This document shows, piece after piece, positions 14,521 to 26,942 of a DNA stretch of 64,000 nt (position 1 is its first letter; every line of letters starts with the position of its first letter). Origin of the DNA: Kudoa neothunni (Eukaryota > Animalia > Cnidaria). Both the position numbers and the translations under genes were made by a program. Location of the stretch: NCBI GenBank assembly GCA_964304625.1, contig OZ199840.1, positions 8,999,209-9,063,208 on the forward strand, read 5' to 3'. Under the pieces are notes generated by a model, which had not been told where the DNA came from, searched no databases, and saw only the letters and a list, made by a program, of their open reading frames with translations.

Positions 14521-16304
14521 AACATGCCGTTTATAATCAATTATGTTTATTTAATTTACATTGATTTACTCGTTTAAATATTAAATAGACTGCTTTTTTT
14601 CTTTTTAGTCTAATTTTAGCAGAAATATTATTTCTGTCTAAAAAAAATCCTCAATATAAAATCTATTTTAAAATGGGGTGCGGAGTAGTCCTCATAGGTG
14701 GTTAGTTGATAGTGGTCAGTGGAAGGGCTGCGGAAATTAAAATGGATCGTGACGCGCGGCTATATGCCATTATTCAATAGGGGTTGGTTATTCATGAAGA
14801 ATATTGACTTTATTTTTAAAGTAAAAAAATCAAATTGAAAGTAAAGAAACCTATAATATTTCAAAATGTTGAAAAATCAGACGATAAAACACATTGGATG
14901 ACGAAACATTAAAAAAACCTTACTACTGGTCGATGATGAGTTATCTTAAAATGAGAATAATTCGGAAATTCTTGATATTGATCCTAAATGAATCTTACGA
15001 CAATGAAAAGTCGTGTGCATTGGAATCTGTTTTCAATGAATTGATAGTGATATTTTTGAACCATTTTATGATTTCAACAGGTTTTTTATCGACGACCATT
15101 TTGAATTGATTCTGAATGAAATAAATATATACGCTTGAACATTAAAAGCGTCAGTTAAAAATTCCATTGAAGAAATCCGGCGGCCCACTGGTGTTCTCAT
15201 TCGAATAATTACGGTAATCTGTCCAGATGATGTAATTACTGTTCGACAAAAATTAATTACAACATTATATCCGATAGATTCGAATCTTTGTTAAGGTATT
15301 TAATGTTCTGTGGCAATTAAAAGGATGCGTTATATCTTGATAACAATAACTAGAAAGATTTTACAAAATAAGACAAGTTCTTGATATAATTCTATAATAC
15401 ATTAGACTTATTTAGCTATCGAATCTGAATATCACCATCCGTTGATCAAAAAATTATTCCTTTCTAACAAAATTTTTTAAAAAAATTTTACTTTTAGATG
15501 AAACAAACTAAAGAATGAGTTAAAGCTTATACAAGGAATAGTCCTCGTGGAAAATACTCATGGTTCTGTTTTTAATTGCGAAAAACTGTACGAGGAATAA
15601 GTCATTACGCGTAGTGTCGAAAGTATGTGAAAAAGTGAATATTGCCGATTAACATATATTTTATGATAATTATTTTTCAAGTTTTAATTTAAATGCAAAG
15701 CTTTTAGAACTTGATTACTTTTATACAAGAACAGTAGGAAAGATCCTTTTGAAAAAATGTTATTGTAAAAAGAAGAAAAATCAAAAAATCAGTCTGGAAG
15801 AAGCTTTGATTTTGGAATCTGTCATCTAAATGATTCCAAATAAATGAACTACTTTGGCAAGATGGATCGTGTGTGAATATATCATCCACATTTTATTCCG
15901 CTATTACAGTATCTTTCGTGCAAATTGACGAGAAAAAAACAACAAAAATGTTTTTAATAAAGTTTTTTTTGATAAAAATGTATAACAAATAAATGGATGA
16001 GGTTAATGTATTTTGTTTGCTGATGGCATTTTATCGACTGGTTCATAATCCAAAATAATGATACACGGGAATATTATTTTAGTCCTTAAATTTCTGCTTA
16101 CTTAATGGATGAATTTCTTATCGCAAGTAATGTAAATAAAGGGAATTGCCAATAAAACAATTATCTAGATTTACACTATTTTAAACTGGAAGTTAGAGGA
16201 CAATTGTTATTATACTATCAAAAATTCAGGAGATCCAATTAGAGCAAAGAAATTATATAAGTGTCCATGAATCAAATCATGCTCTTCTTATCTAAGGAGT
16301 AAAT

Positions 16305-19300
16305 CTTTTTCCTTTGTTCCATATAGACGCAATGAATTTAATCGCATAAAACCAAGAAAATATTAATCAATATTCATATTGTTATATTTAATATGTTTTA
16401 TTCTTTGGAAATAAAAAATATAAGCTTAAAAAAATAATTTGTTCGATGCGCGGTAACATCAAATTAATTTCCATTATTTTCAATGGGGAAAAATTATTCG
16501 GAGTACTAACACAGAACTAGAATTAATAATAATAGAGATTCGAGGTCGCACTGTATATACGTCATTAATTTTATTTTGATATATTAAATTAAAATATGAG
16601 TTATTTCTTTCATGGATATTAAAAATTAGCTCTAATTGTTTATTGGAATTGTGGCGGTAATAATAAAATAGATATTCTATATTTTCAAATAACAAAAAAT
16701 AAAATAAATTTCAATATTCATTCATGAAAGAAATCAATTTATGAATAGTTATTATTTTCACGAAACTTCGGAGTATTCATTTTAAAGGACTGAATAGGAA
16801 CCAATGAATCTATCTATTTAAAGTAATATACATAATGTATGTTCTTCGTTAATTCTCTATAAAGAAAATGATAGTTATGAGGATAAATCTTAGATTTGTC
16901 TCATCAATATTTCTTCTATTTTTTGTTTGTAATTTTTATTTAAATTATAAATTTTAATAATTATTTAGTATGTGAAAGGCATGTTCTTCCCATTAATATT
17001 GATAATAATATTATGAAATTGAGATATTCGAGCAAGCAAAACAAATATATTATCTCCCTTTCAGGATATGATATTGAAAATAGTTACAAAAAATGTGCAC
17101 TCCAATATTATGATCATAAAGGAGCACCTACTAGCATCGCTTCTACTTGCAATTATATAACTGATGCTGCTATGGAGTCAACTGCAAAGATATGCATTTT
17201 TAACTGCAAAAAAATAGAATTAATGTCGGCCGGGGAAGAATTAAAATCCGTTAAATTTTTAAAATGGTGCCAAGGAACTGATGATAATAATGTTAAAGTA
17301 TGTCCTAATAAAAAGACTTTCACGATCAAAGGTATGTACTTAAAAAATCGTTTTTAAAGTAGCATCTAATAGATCTTTACCTAAAAAGTGAGTTTAATGT
17401 CACAAAAACAAAATAATATATTCAATGTTAACGTTAAAACTAAAGTCAATGGAGGTTTCGCTGTTAAAGAAGACTCTGTAAAAAAATCTGAACAGCGGTC
17501 AGATGAGGATTTTTATGAAAAAAAATATGTTACATTTAAAACTAAATCATACCAATCTACGTATTCTGTTGAATTTATTGATCGGTCACCAGAAATATTA
17601 TTAAATCCACAAATACCTGAGGTGGATTGGTTTATTGCAACTGGCTCTAAAAGTAACAACTATTATACAATTACACTCCAAAATCCAAAACCATCTCTGT
17701 TATGTTACTTTGGAATAAAAGACATATATGAAGTTCATTTTTCTTCTAATTGTTCGAGTATGAAAAAAGCTGGGCCATGTATTCAGCCATGCTATAAAGC
17801 AACATTATTTCACGATTCAAACTTGAATTATGCCCAAGTACTTGTGAAACATTATGAAAAGATAATTCCGAAAGAATTTATTCAAACTATAACATGTAAG
17901 TTCTAACTAATTTAATTTATTCTAATCCATTTCACAGTTACTACTGATCAACCTGCTGTCACTACAACTGGAAAAAACGAAGCCACCGTTAGTTTAGCTA
18001 ATTTAAATAAGAATGGAAATGGTGCTGTAGAAAATGGAGCAGAGATAAAAGAAATTAAATTATTTGAAAAAAAACTTGGAATTGAAAGTAATGGAAAAGA
18101 TCTTACATCAAATAGTGGCTCTAAAGAATTCGGTGCAATAACTATAAATTCGCTTGAGCCATTAACAGAGTATATTTTAAAGGTTAAAATAACTGGACTT
18201 ACAACCGTAGATTCACCAGAAGTTAAATATTATCACTGCTATATTTATTTCAAAACTAGGGGTAATTTCAAATTTCTAAAAAACTTATTAATATAAAATA
18301 GGTGATGCATTAACGGGGGATAGTAGTCTTAATCCCACTGCTGTGCCAGGAGACAATACTAGGCTAACTTTGAATCTTGAAAATTTATTCTCAAATGGTA
18401 GTGGTAGTGGCATAACATGTGAGCTATATTATTCAATTGATGGAAGTGAGACTTCAAAATTGCCTGCTACATGTGAAGACACAAGTGGTAAAAAATTTTG
18501 TTCCGGTGCTTGTAATGGGAACTTTGAAATTATTAACCTCGATCCTAAAACTAACTACAGAATAACTGTATGTTCCAGGGGATATACATGCGTTGAAAAT
18601 TCTCAGGCTGAGAGTAATGTTTTCAAATGATAATGTAATAATCAGTAAAAAATAGCTGGCGGAATCGAAATATCATTAAATCCTACCAAAAATGGATCAG
18701 ATAAGATAACTTCAATAACAGTGACAAAATCCGGAAGTGAAATTGCCGATTTTGGAGAATCATGGGGATACGTTCTACTGGAAGAAGCATCCAACCGAAT
18801 AATAACAGATTGCTTGAATAGCGTGTGCAATCCCGCTATCAATACTCAATCCGGGACTGTTAAGATAGAGATTTCATGTGCTGATCTTAACGCAGACGTC
18901 TCATATAAAATAGTTATTATTAATAAAGATTATTCCAAGCCAAAGAAAGCCAAATTTAAGTGTATTTATTTTTATTTTGTAACATTCTCTTTATTTCCAT
19001 AGATGACTTCGAAGAAGGTTCTCAGGATATGATTTTATCCTCTAGTAACTCGGGACAAAATTATAAGGTCAAATTCAAGGGTGAATTGTCAACGAAAGGT
19101 GAATTAGTGTGCACTGTCAAAGAATCAAAAGATGACCTAACTGCCTACGAAGATTTTGAAAACAACGGAGAAGGAATTAAGAAGAAGTGCAAAGAACTTT
19201 CAACAGAATTTGGTATTAATATCAACATTCAGAATAAATTTAAATATATTTCCGTTACTTATCCAGATTCTAAACCAGTAACCACATTAGATTTAGTAAC

Positions 19301-22300
19301 ATTCGTTGTGATTGAAAAATTTTTTTCAATGTTGAGCCTATTTCTAAGCAATTTCGACTAGGATGAAAATAAAACCCAAGGATTAACGTCAGATGGATCT
19401 CAACCACAAAAATCATTAACGTCACAACCAATAACTTTTAATTCTGGGAAAGTTTATTCCTACTATATGGGTAAAAAATAATTTAATAATAAGTTTAACA
19501 TCTTTTTAGATTTGTACGAAGAAATAACGCACATGGCTAAATTGGATGGAGACAAAATTAAGTTATCTTTAAATAAATGTCCATCGTCCTGTAAAGCGTA
19601 CAAAGATGAAAATATAGTAAATCCTACATCAGAAACATGTAATGGTGACCAAACAACGCTAAAATATTATTCTATTCAATTCGATGAGCTTGTTAAAGAT
19701 TATTATATAAGTTGTCCGGAATATTTTGATTTTCATTATTTTTACGATAATACATTTGTTCAAAATCACGCACCGGTTTTCAGTAGATTTTACTACGAAT
19801 TAAGCGACAATGGTGAGAATAATGCATTATCAGTTAAACTGGTTAACGAAGAGCCATCTAAAATGTGCACGTTTGAATGGATTGATGCCACAGCATCCGC
19901 TTCGAATAATTTTTTCTCAAACGTGTGCGAGAATAAGAACAACTGTTTTTATAGTATGTGTAGTAGCTATAAATTTGGAAGTTTGCCAACAACCGTAAAG
20001 GCAGTGAAAATACGAGTCCTAAAATTAGGAATGAAACCTTCGATTGGTTATCAAAATAATATATACTTACGTAATACCTATAAATATCTAATAAATATAT
20101 CGTAATTTCTAGTGAAACAAGGAGAGGATGTTTCGGTTGAATCATCAGGAACAAAAATTAAGATCAACATTAGTGCTAATAATAAAAATGAACATGGTGG
20201 GACTATTACTGGTACAGATGATGTTAAATGCACCCTAACTTTATGGAACACATATGCTCCATTGGTTAGCGAAACTGGAAGGATATCTGTAAAGGATCCA
20301 TCATCTTGCGAATTTAAGGAAATGGAAATAACGCCGGTTCTGATTCATTTACCTAACGACATTATGGTGTCTATAACAAATATACCAGATTATTCACCTA
20401 GGAAATATTTTTTCAATAAAGCGAGTATTTTTTATATTAAAATTGTTTTAAAATATTTTTTAGGCCAAATTACTGAACTTTCCTCTGGTGATATTTCAGT
20501 TACTGCTACTTATAGTGGCTTCAGAATCGCTCAAAATACATTCAGCGCAACAGCCACCTGCACTATTTACGTTAGGGAACACAACAAATTATATTACCCT
20601 GCTATTTGTTCAGGCAATGTGTTATGTGTAAAACCTTGCAGCTCGGATTTTACCATCATTGGGCTTTATTCAGATACCACCTATGAGCTCAAAATTGTTC
20701 CTAGTGGAGCAAACAATATTAAAACTATTTCCAGCATAAAGACAGGTAAATAATATTAATATTTAGTTAAATAACAAATAATAGTCGGAAAAAATGTTCA
20801 ATTTGAAATTTCAAATGATTCTAAGAAGAATACTCTTATAATACAACCTCACCCATCTTTCGATGATGCTGGTAGTATAGACTGCTATTATCAGTTGTAT
20901 AAACACGATGGAAACCAAAGTAAGGACACCGGGTTATTTTTATTAACATTTTTGTAGCTTCACCTACAAAAATCATAAAGTCCTACATCGGTTGCACAGA
21001 TAGTGAAAATATTAAAAAATGCGATAAAATTCAGTTTGATAAGAACATATACGATAATAACTATAACTACAGATTGATGATATATGTACCTGATAAATTG
21101 AAACCTGTCAAACTATCAATACCAGGTAACATATGTATCTACTCTCAATCAACATATTTTTATAGCTTTTACTCGAAGAGGAAAACTTGAACAAAAGCTT
21201 ATTCCTTATAATGTTAACGCTGCTGAGAAGTTTTCTATTACATTGTTAGAATTTCCCGTGAATTATAAATGTGCCATAAAGATATCGAGTTTAACAACAA
21301 CTCCTGAATTCAACAAACCAACAGGTTGTACGGGATTAAATGGAGATGACTGCATAATGGAATGCGTTAAAAATGAACTTGAAATTGGGAACATAAATTC
21401 AAAATTAGATCGATATTTATCAGTTTGTTACGGAAAAAAACGACGAGGAAGCAAAAAAATGTAAAAAAGTTCAGGTTTTTCCAATAATAATGAGTAATTA
21501 ATATATATCATATCACCTTTTGAATTATATGGTTAAAATATACATAATAAATAAATGAACTAACAATAATCTTTAATATAAAATTTATTCAATTAAGGTA
21601 ATCCTATTTTTAGATTATAATCAAAAAAACACTTATTCAATATCTCATATTGATGGAAAAATTACTTTGTCCTTCAAAACAAACTCAGTTTCGGATTGGA
21701 AAGTTGAGTATGACGGAAAAAATGACACACATAGTGATAAGTCTGTAAAGGACTTAGAAGTTACAACGTATTCCGACACTATAGACAGCAAATCTGCTAC
21801 ATTTTCAACTGACAGGTCAATGGATTATTACAAATTTAGTTCAACTTTACTGTGGCCTGGTTTATTCTATTTTTTAAATAATAGTTATTTGTATGATAAG
21901 ACACTCCTAAAATCTCAGATTATTTATTCTGTTTCAAAGACTGATAGCCCTAAAAAAATACAATTAAAATTCTCTCCTGGTCCATATAACGATGAGATTT
22001 GTCATATCAAAGTATTTGAGGTCGATGGTAATGGAGCCGAACAAAAAGATAAAGTTCTGAATGGATGCACAAATGCAGAAAAAGAATGTTTTCGACTTTG
22101 TCAAGACAGCATTATCAATTTGACAGAAGAAATAAATAAAGTTGGTGTTACAATAAAACGAAGATTTGATGCGAATGGATTCAAACAATTCTTTATAAGT
22201 AACATTTAATTAAAATTCATTAATAAAACTTTATAGGAGGTGATAGTGGTATCGATTTAAGTGATATTACTAATCAGGGGGTCACAATTCGGAGACTTAA

Positions 22301-24243
22301 CGTTTACAAAGCTATTAATGGGGGAGGTGCAGATATTGCATGTATCATTAAAGTATACAGAGCAACTACTTTTTCTAATGAAGAAAACGCTCGATGCAAT
22401 GACAATGGTGAATGCAATACTACATGTGGAGAGTCATTTTCTATTAATAAATTGGAAGTTGGAACAAATTACATCGTTTCTGTATCGATAAGCAATATTG
22501 GAATTAGTGACTATACAAAGAAAATAGCATTTCGAACAAGTATCTGTACATTCTAATAATAATATTTCAAAAGTGTTTAGCTGGGGGAACAGATATAAAT
22601 GGAAATAATTCAATTCCCGACATAAAGGGCGGAAACGCCACTATAACACCATTTTCTGCAGATGGTTCGTTACCAATATGCAGAATTTATCTTAACAAGA
22701 ATGGTGACTCCAATCCTAAATATATGGCTACTTGTGACGAAATTGGAGCGTGCGAACATAAATGCGACAATGAGTTCAAAATTATAAATCTAATATTAGG
22801 AGCAACTTACGAAATGATTGTTGAACCATCCGATGGTAGAAAGGAGAAGAAATATGAAGTTCAAACGAGTATTTTACTTAAAAAGTCTTATTATTAATAA
22901 AACTTTTTAGCAAATACCGATGTTACTATCACATCTACGTTAAACGGAGATAGTGATTTGAAAGTTGAAGTGACTTGGGCTGAAAAAGATGATAATTCAA
23001 GGTGTCCGTTTTTCTTGCAGGAAAAAAAAGATGAAGGTGTGTCGGGAGAAACTGTTACATGGTGTAATGATGATGCAGAATGTTCGGCTAATAATTGTAG
23101 TATCAACATCAATAAATTGTCAAAAGAAAAAGATTACATATTGAAACTGAAAGTGAAGGATTATTCACTCTATAAAGATACAATTATTCTATGTAAATGC
23201 ACTTTTTGACAATTTTATAATTTGTATAATCGAATAATATTTATAAAAAAGACTCAAAAATGGTTCAAAGGATTGGGTAATAGAGTTTCAATAATATTGT
23301 TTTATTATAATAATTTTTTAGTAAATTAAATACAAAAATTCAACAAGTTAATATATTTATAGAAGGTGAAAATGTTAGGAGCGATTACACCAATATTGAC
23401 GTGGATGATATCGCACAAAAAAATAAAAGTTGCGGAAGAAAGGTGAATAATTTGTCCAATATTTTTATAACGATTTATTTAGTATAATTTCTGTCTAAAA
23501 AAATACAATATAAATATAAAATGTTTAGAGAATAAAAAAGTAGACGATTATGAAGCTGCAAAGAACAGTCATTCGTAATTTTTGGTGAAATTTTCAAATT
23601 TTAACATTGTTAAGGTCATTGGGCCCTTACATGTAATAAAGTAAGCAATATGAAATTTTATAACCATTTTTAGATTGTATGCGATGATACCCATCGTGGC
23701 CTCACTATTTATGGTGATAGGACTGGTAGTTCACAGAAAAAATTCCAAAGATACTACTCATGATCTCTAAAAATTAACGGTCCATCCTGCAGACATGTAG
23801 TTTTTAAGAATATATTTTATTAGAATAAAACTATTATATATTTAATTTTCTTGAGATTTCTTTCAATAGTTAAATTATGTAAATGTCCATGCTTATTCTA
23901 AAATTGGGATTGTATGGGTATTGTATATATATATATATACAATTTATACATTCAAAAAACGCAAGGATTGTTTTTATTAAATAAATGTATACATTTCTTG
24001 AATAAAATTATAAGTAAAGTCCTAAGTTTGTGTTATAAATTATAAAAAATTAAATTTGAAGATTATTTAGATATATGAGTATTAGATTTACTAAAAAATC
24101 ATTTTAGAAGTAATAACTTTGTCTAGTGCTTATAATTAGTCCAAAAGTAATTCTGCATTAGAAATAATTTTAATAATATAATTATTAAACACATTAATAA
24201 ATTTACTGAATCAAATATAAATAATTTCTACGTGGTATTTAAT
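16305..24243 (+). repeat. Segmental duplication, copy A (~7.9 kb)
   Basis: Colinear with 38585-46574, from the upstream TTTCCTTTGTTCCA motif through the 3' flank. Ends approximate. Confidence 0.95.
16868..23770 (+). CDS. Large Cys-rich, FN3-like multi-module type I membrane protein, copy A (~23 exons, ~1,900 aa)
   Basis: Signal peptide MIVMRINLRFVSSIFLLFFVLC. Modules of ~95-105 aa, mostly one per phase-1 exon, with C..C..CxxxC and LxPxTxY-type motifs (LEPLTEY, LDPKTNY, LYSDTTY, LEVGTNY, LILGATY). TM YILYAMIPIVASLFMVIGLVV, tail HRKNSKDTTHDL*. Two +1 A-run frameshifts (17404-17408, 21434-21440) are absent from copy B. Confidence 0.85.
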
Positions 24244-24704
24244 TCATTTGGCTGCTTTCTCGCTCTCGCCGTTAGTTGATAAGTAACATAACGCGTGGAG
24301 TATTATTAGTAAATGACACTTGCATATCGTATGGTAATTTAGGAGATTCCGATACGTTTTATTTGTATACAATAAAGTCGTGGAGACTGTCTCATTTATC
24401 ACCTTGTGCAGAAAAATCTAGCTAATTCCATATTTTATAAGGAGTCTGATTTTAATTTAATTATTGATGCAATGGGTTTAGAAAAATTCAGAAAATTCAA
24501 AACACACGCCTAATTAATGTACCTGAATAATAATAATAATAACTAATTATTCTGTTATAATCTACATTCATATATTCAAGTGTATACATGAATTCTTTGA
24601 TTTTTTTTATACCAAAATTTTTAAAGTCAATTTGGCTAAAATTCATATCAAAGGTCAGATACAAACTCGAGAATGTAACATAAAATGCAACATAATAGAT
24701 AATA

Positions 24705-26517
24705 GAGAGTGGCTATTTGCATGGATGAGAATATCTCCTAGAATACGTGAGTTATTTAAAAAATTGATCTAACAATTACAATAGACTATACATGCCCTAT
24801 AAAATTTTATAATTTTTTATAACCGGGGAATTTGTCCATTAAAACCATATTTAAATCATCTCTCATGTACCAAAATCGTACTTTTCTTGATTTAATAACA
24901 TTATTAAATGCTTATAAACAATATGTTAGTGAATTAAGTTTTATTGCCTCCAATAAAATTGATTGCTGTCATGTTAGACTTTGCGCACACAAACCATTCG
25001 CTGCCAGCCTTGCGTGGTCTCACAATTTTATGATTGTCGTACACTGAGCGTTAATTCTCATATGATCTAAATTGTATCAAAATTCATAGATTTTATTATT
25101 CTGCGAAATAATTTTATGCACTAAATCATTTGGTTACGTTGAATCTATGCAGAATTTAAAATGTGAATCTCCTCTAACACCCTTTTTGAGAACTGTACTA
25201 TTTAACTCACGTTTCACTTAAATTAAAATATGCTAGATGTATCTATATTTATTTCTAGCGCATCTTTCGTCATAACGACTATACAAGATTCATTTAACTT
25301 GACTCATAATAAATGCATGTATCGTATGATGAATCTAAAAATTCGATCAAATGGTTATTAAATTAATTAGTTGATGTTTCCCTTGGCTGAAGATATAAAT
25401 ATGAACAATTATAACAGATAAATACCAATGCCTAAGAAAATTCCTTAGGATGACGTTTGAACCTGTTCACTTCTTATATGTTAGTTTCATCACTGTCAAA
25501 TATTCCAACGTGAAGATAAAATAGGAATATATGGAATAAAATCGGATAAAAAAACTTTAAAATGGAAAAGTTTCGATGAAATAGTTTGCAGTATTAGCGA
25601 CGGTAAAATTGCTTCAATATGTGATGAATTTTATGGGTACGGATTTTACAATCTCGATATTTATTTTGATAAAAGATAGAAACTAATCGTAAGTGAATGG
25701 ATAAATTGCTAAGTTATGCTGAAAATTATTTTGATAACTGCAAGAATTCTTCATATCGTCCTTCTTTTTCTTGAAGTCCATCAGAATTGAAAGAAAACAT
25801 ATAATGGTTACCAAATATTTACAGTCATATGATACAATAAGTAACAACGAAACTTTCCAGCAATATTATGTTCGCCTGGCACTTTACTGATCTAATATTA
25901 TTATGTAGGAAATATCCAAAATAAAAATTATAGGGAGGAGGAAAATGAGTAGAGCGTCTGTTATTGAGCTCCCGAAAAGATTATCAAGAATTTAATTAAA
26001 TATTTTACTGATAAAATTTTGATTTAATATTGATTTAAACAATTTGACACCCAATGATTTTATAAAACTAGCATTTTAATAAATCGATAAAATGATTTTC
26101 AAGCCAAAGAGCATAGAATTAAAACATTAAATTGATAATAACAACCGACCGATAAAAACATCATTTCATTAAAAAATAAGAGGTATTTCGGTAATCTCAT
26201 TTTTTTATTATTTTTAGCCACCGGAATTAAGTGTGAAAATTCGTCTCGTATGCATGCCTCATTTGAGTTTATAACGTACGATTTGGTAGCTAATTTGAAT
26301 TAATTGGACCGAATACCGTAAATAACCTTTGAATATAGTTATTAACTCCAGAAAAGTACGATTTTTATGCATAAGAGGTGATTAAAATATGCATTTAATA
26401 AACAAATTCTCCAATTAAAATCATTAAAAAAATATAGCCTATCGTAATTGTGAAATCAAATTTTTAATATCCCACATATTCTAGGAGATATTCCCATCCA
26501 CGCAAATAACCACGTCC
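24705..26517 (+). mobile_element. Degenerate Mutator-like element (1.8 kb) related to the 8173-11169 element
   Basis: ~190-bp TIRs (24705-24899 vs 26338-26517); 9-bp TSD TAGATAATA/TAAATAATA. Terminus GAGAGTGGCTA resembles GGAAGTGGCTG. Remnants TIITDK and LIC*FHHCQIFQR at about 25405-25510. Confidence 0.85.
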
Positions 26518-26942
26518 TAAATAATATACAGTTTAATTATAGATATCAAAATTAGACAGAAGACAGTTTAAACAACATCGTAGTTTTTTTGAAGATATGG
26601 ATTATTTCTAAATAACCAAAAATGTCGACACTTAATTACAGCCTCTGTATAAAACTGTGTTTCTTTAAAAGATAACAAAGCTACGATTTTACATGAAAAT
26701 ATCGAGCAATAGACTATGTAGGTTGAATAGATCTAATATAAACTATTGTTTAATTGCCCTGTTTCGTAGGATTAAGCAAAATAAATTATGAATTAAATAA
26801 ATTTTGATATCTCATTTTTTGAATAGAAAATAATTAATAAAAAACAACCGATAATATTACTATACGCATTACATGATTTAAGCCAGGACTAGCGAAAATT
26901 GCGAAATGAATATATTATGATTGATTTTTAAATTTATTCAAG

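Noticed and set aside
19810-22491. Overlapping alternative-frame and antisense ORFs (19810-19998, 19858-20154, 21964-22188, 22261-22491 and their copy-B twins)
   Set aside because: By-products of the real exons; they recur only because the DNA is duplicated.
23360-23770. Cytoplasmic phosphatase or kinase domain making the FN3-like gene an RPTP or RTK
   Set aside because: No HCSAG or kinase motifs; the spliced frame gives a TM and a 12-aa tail.
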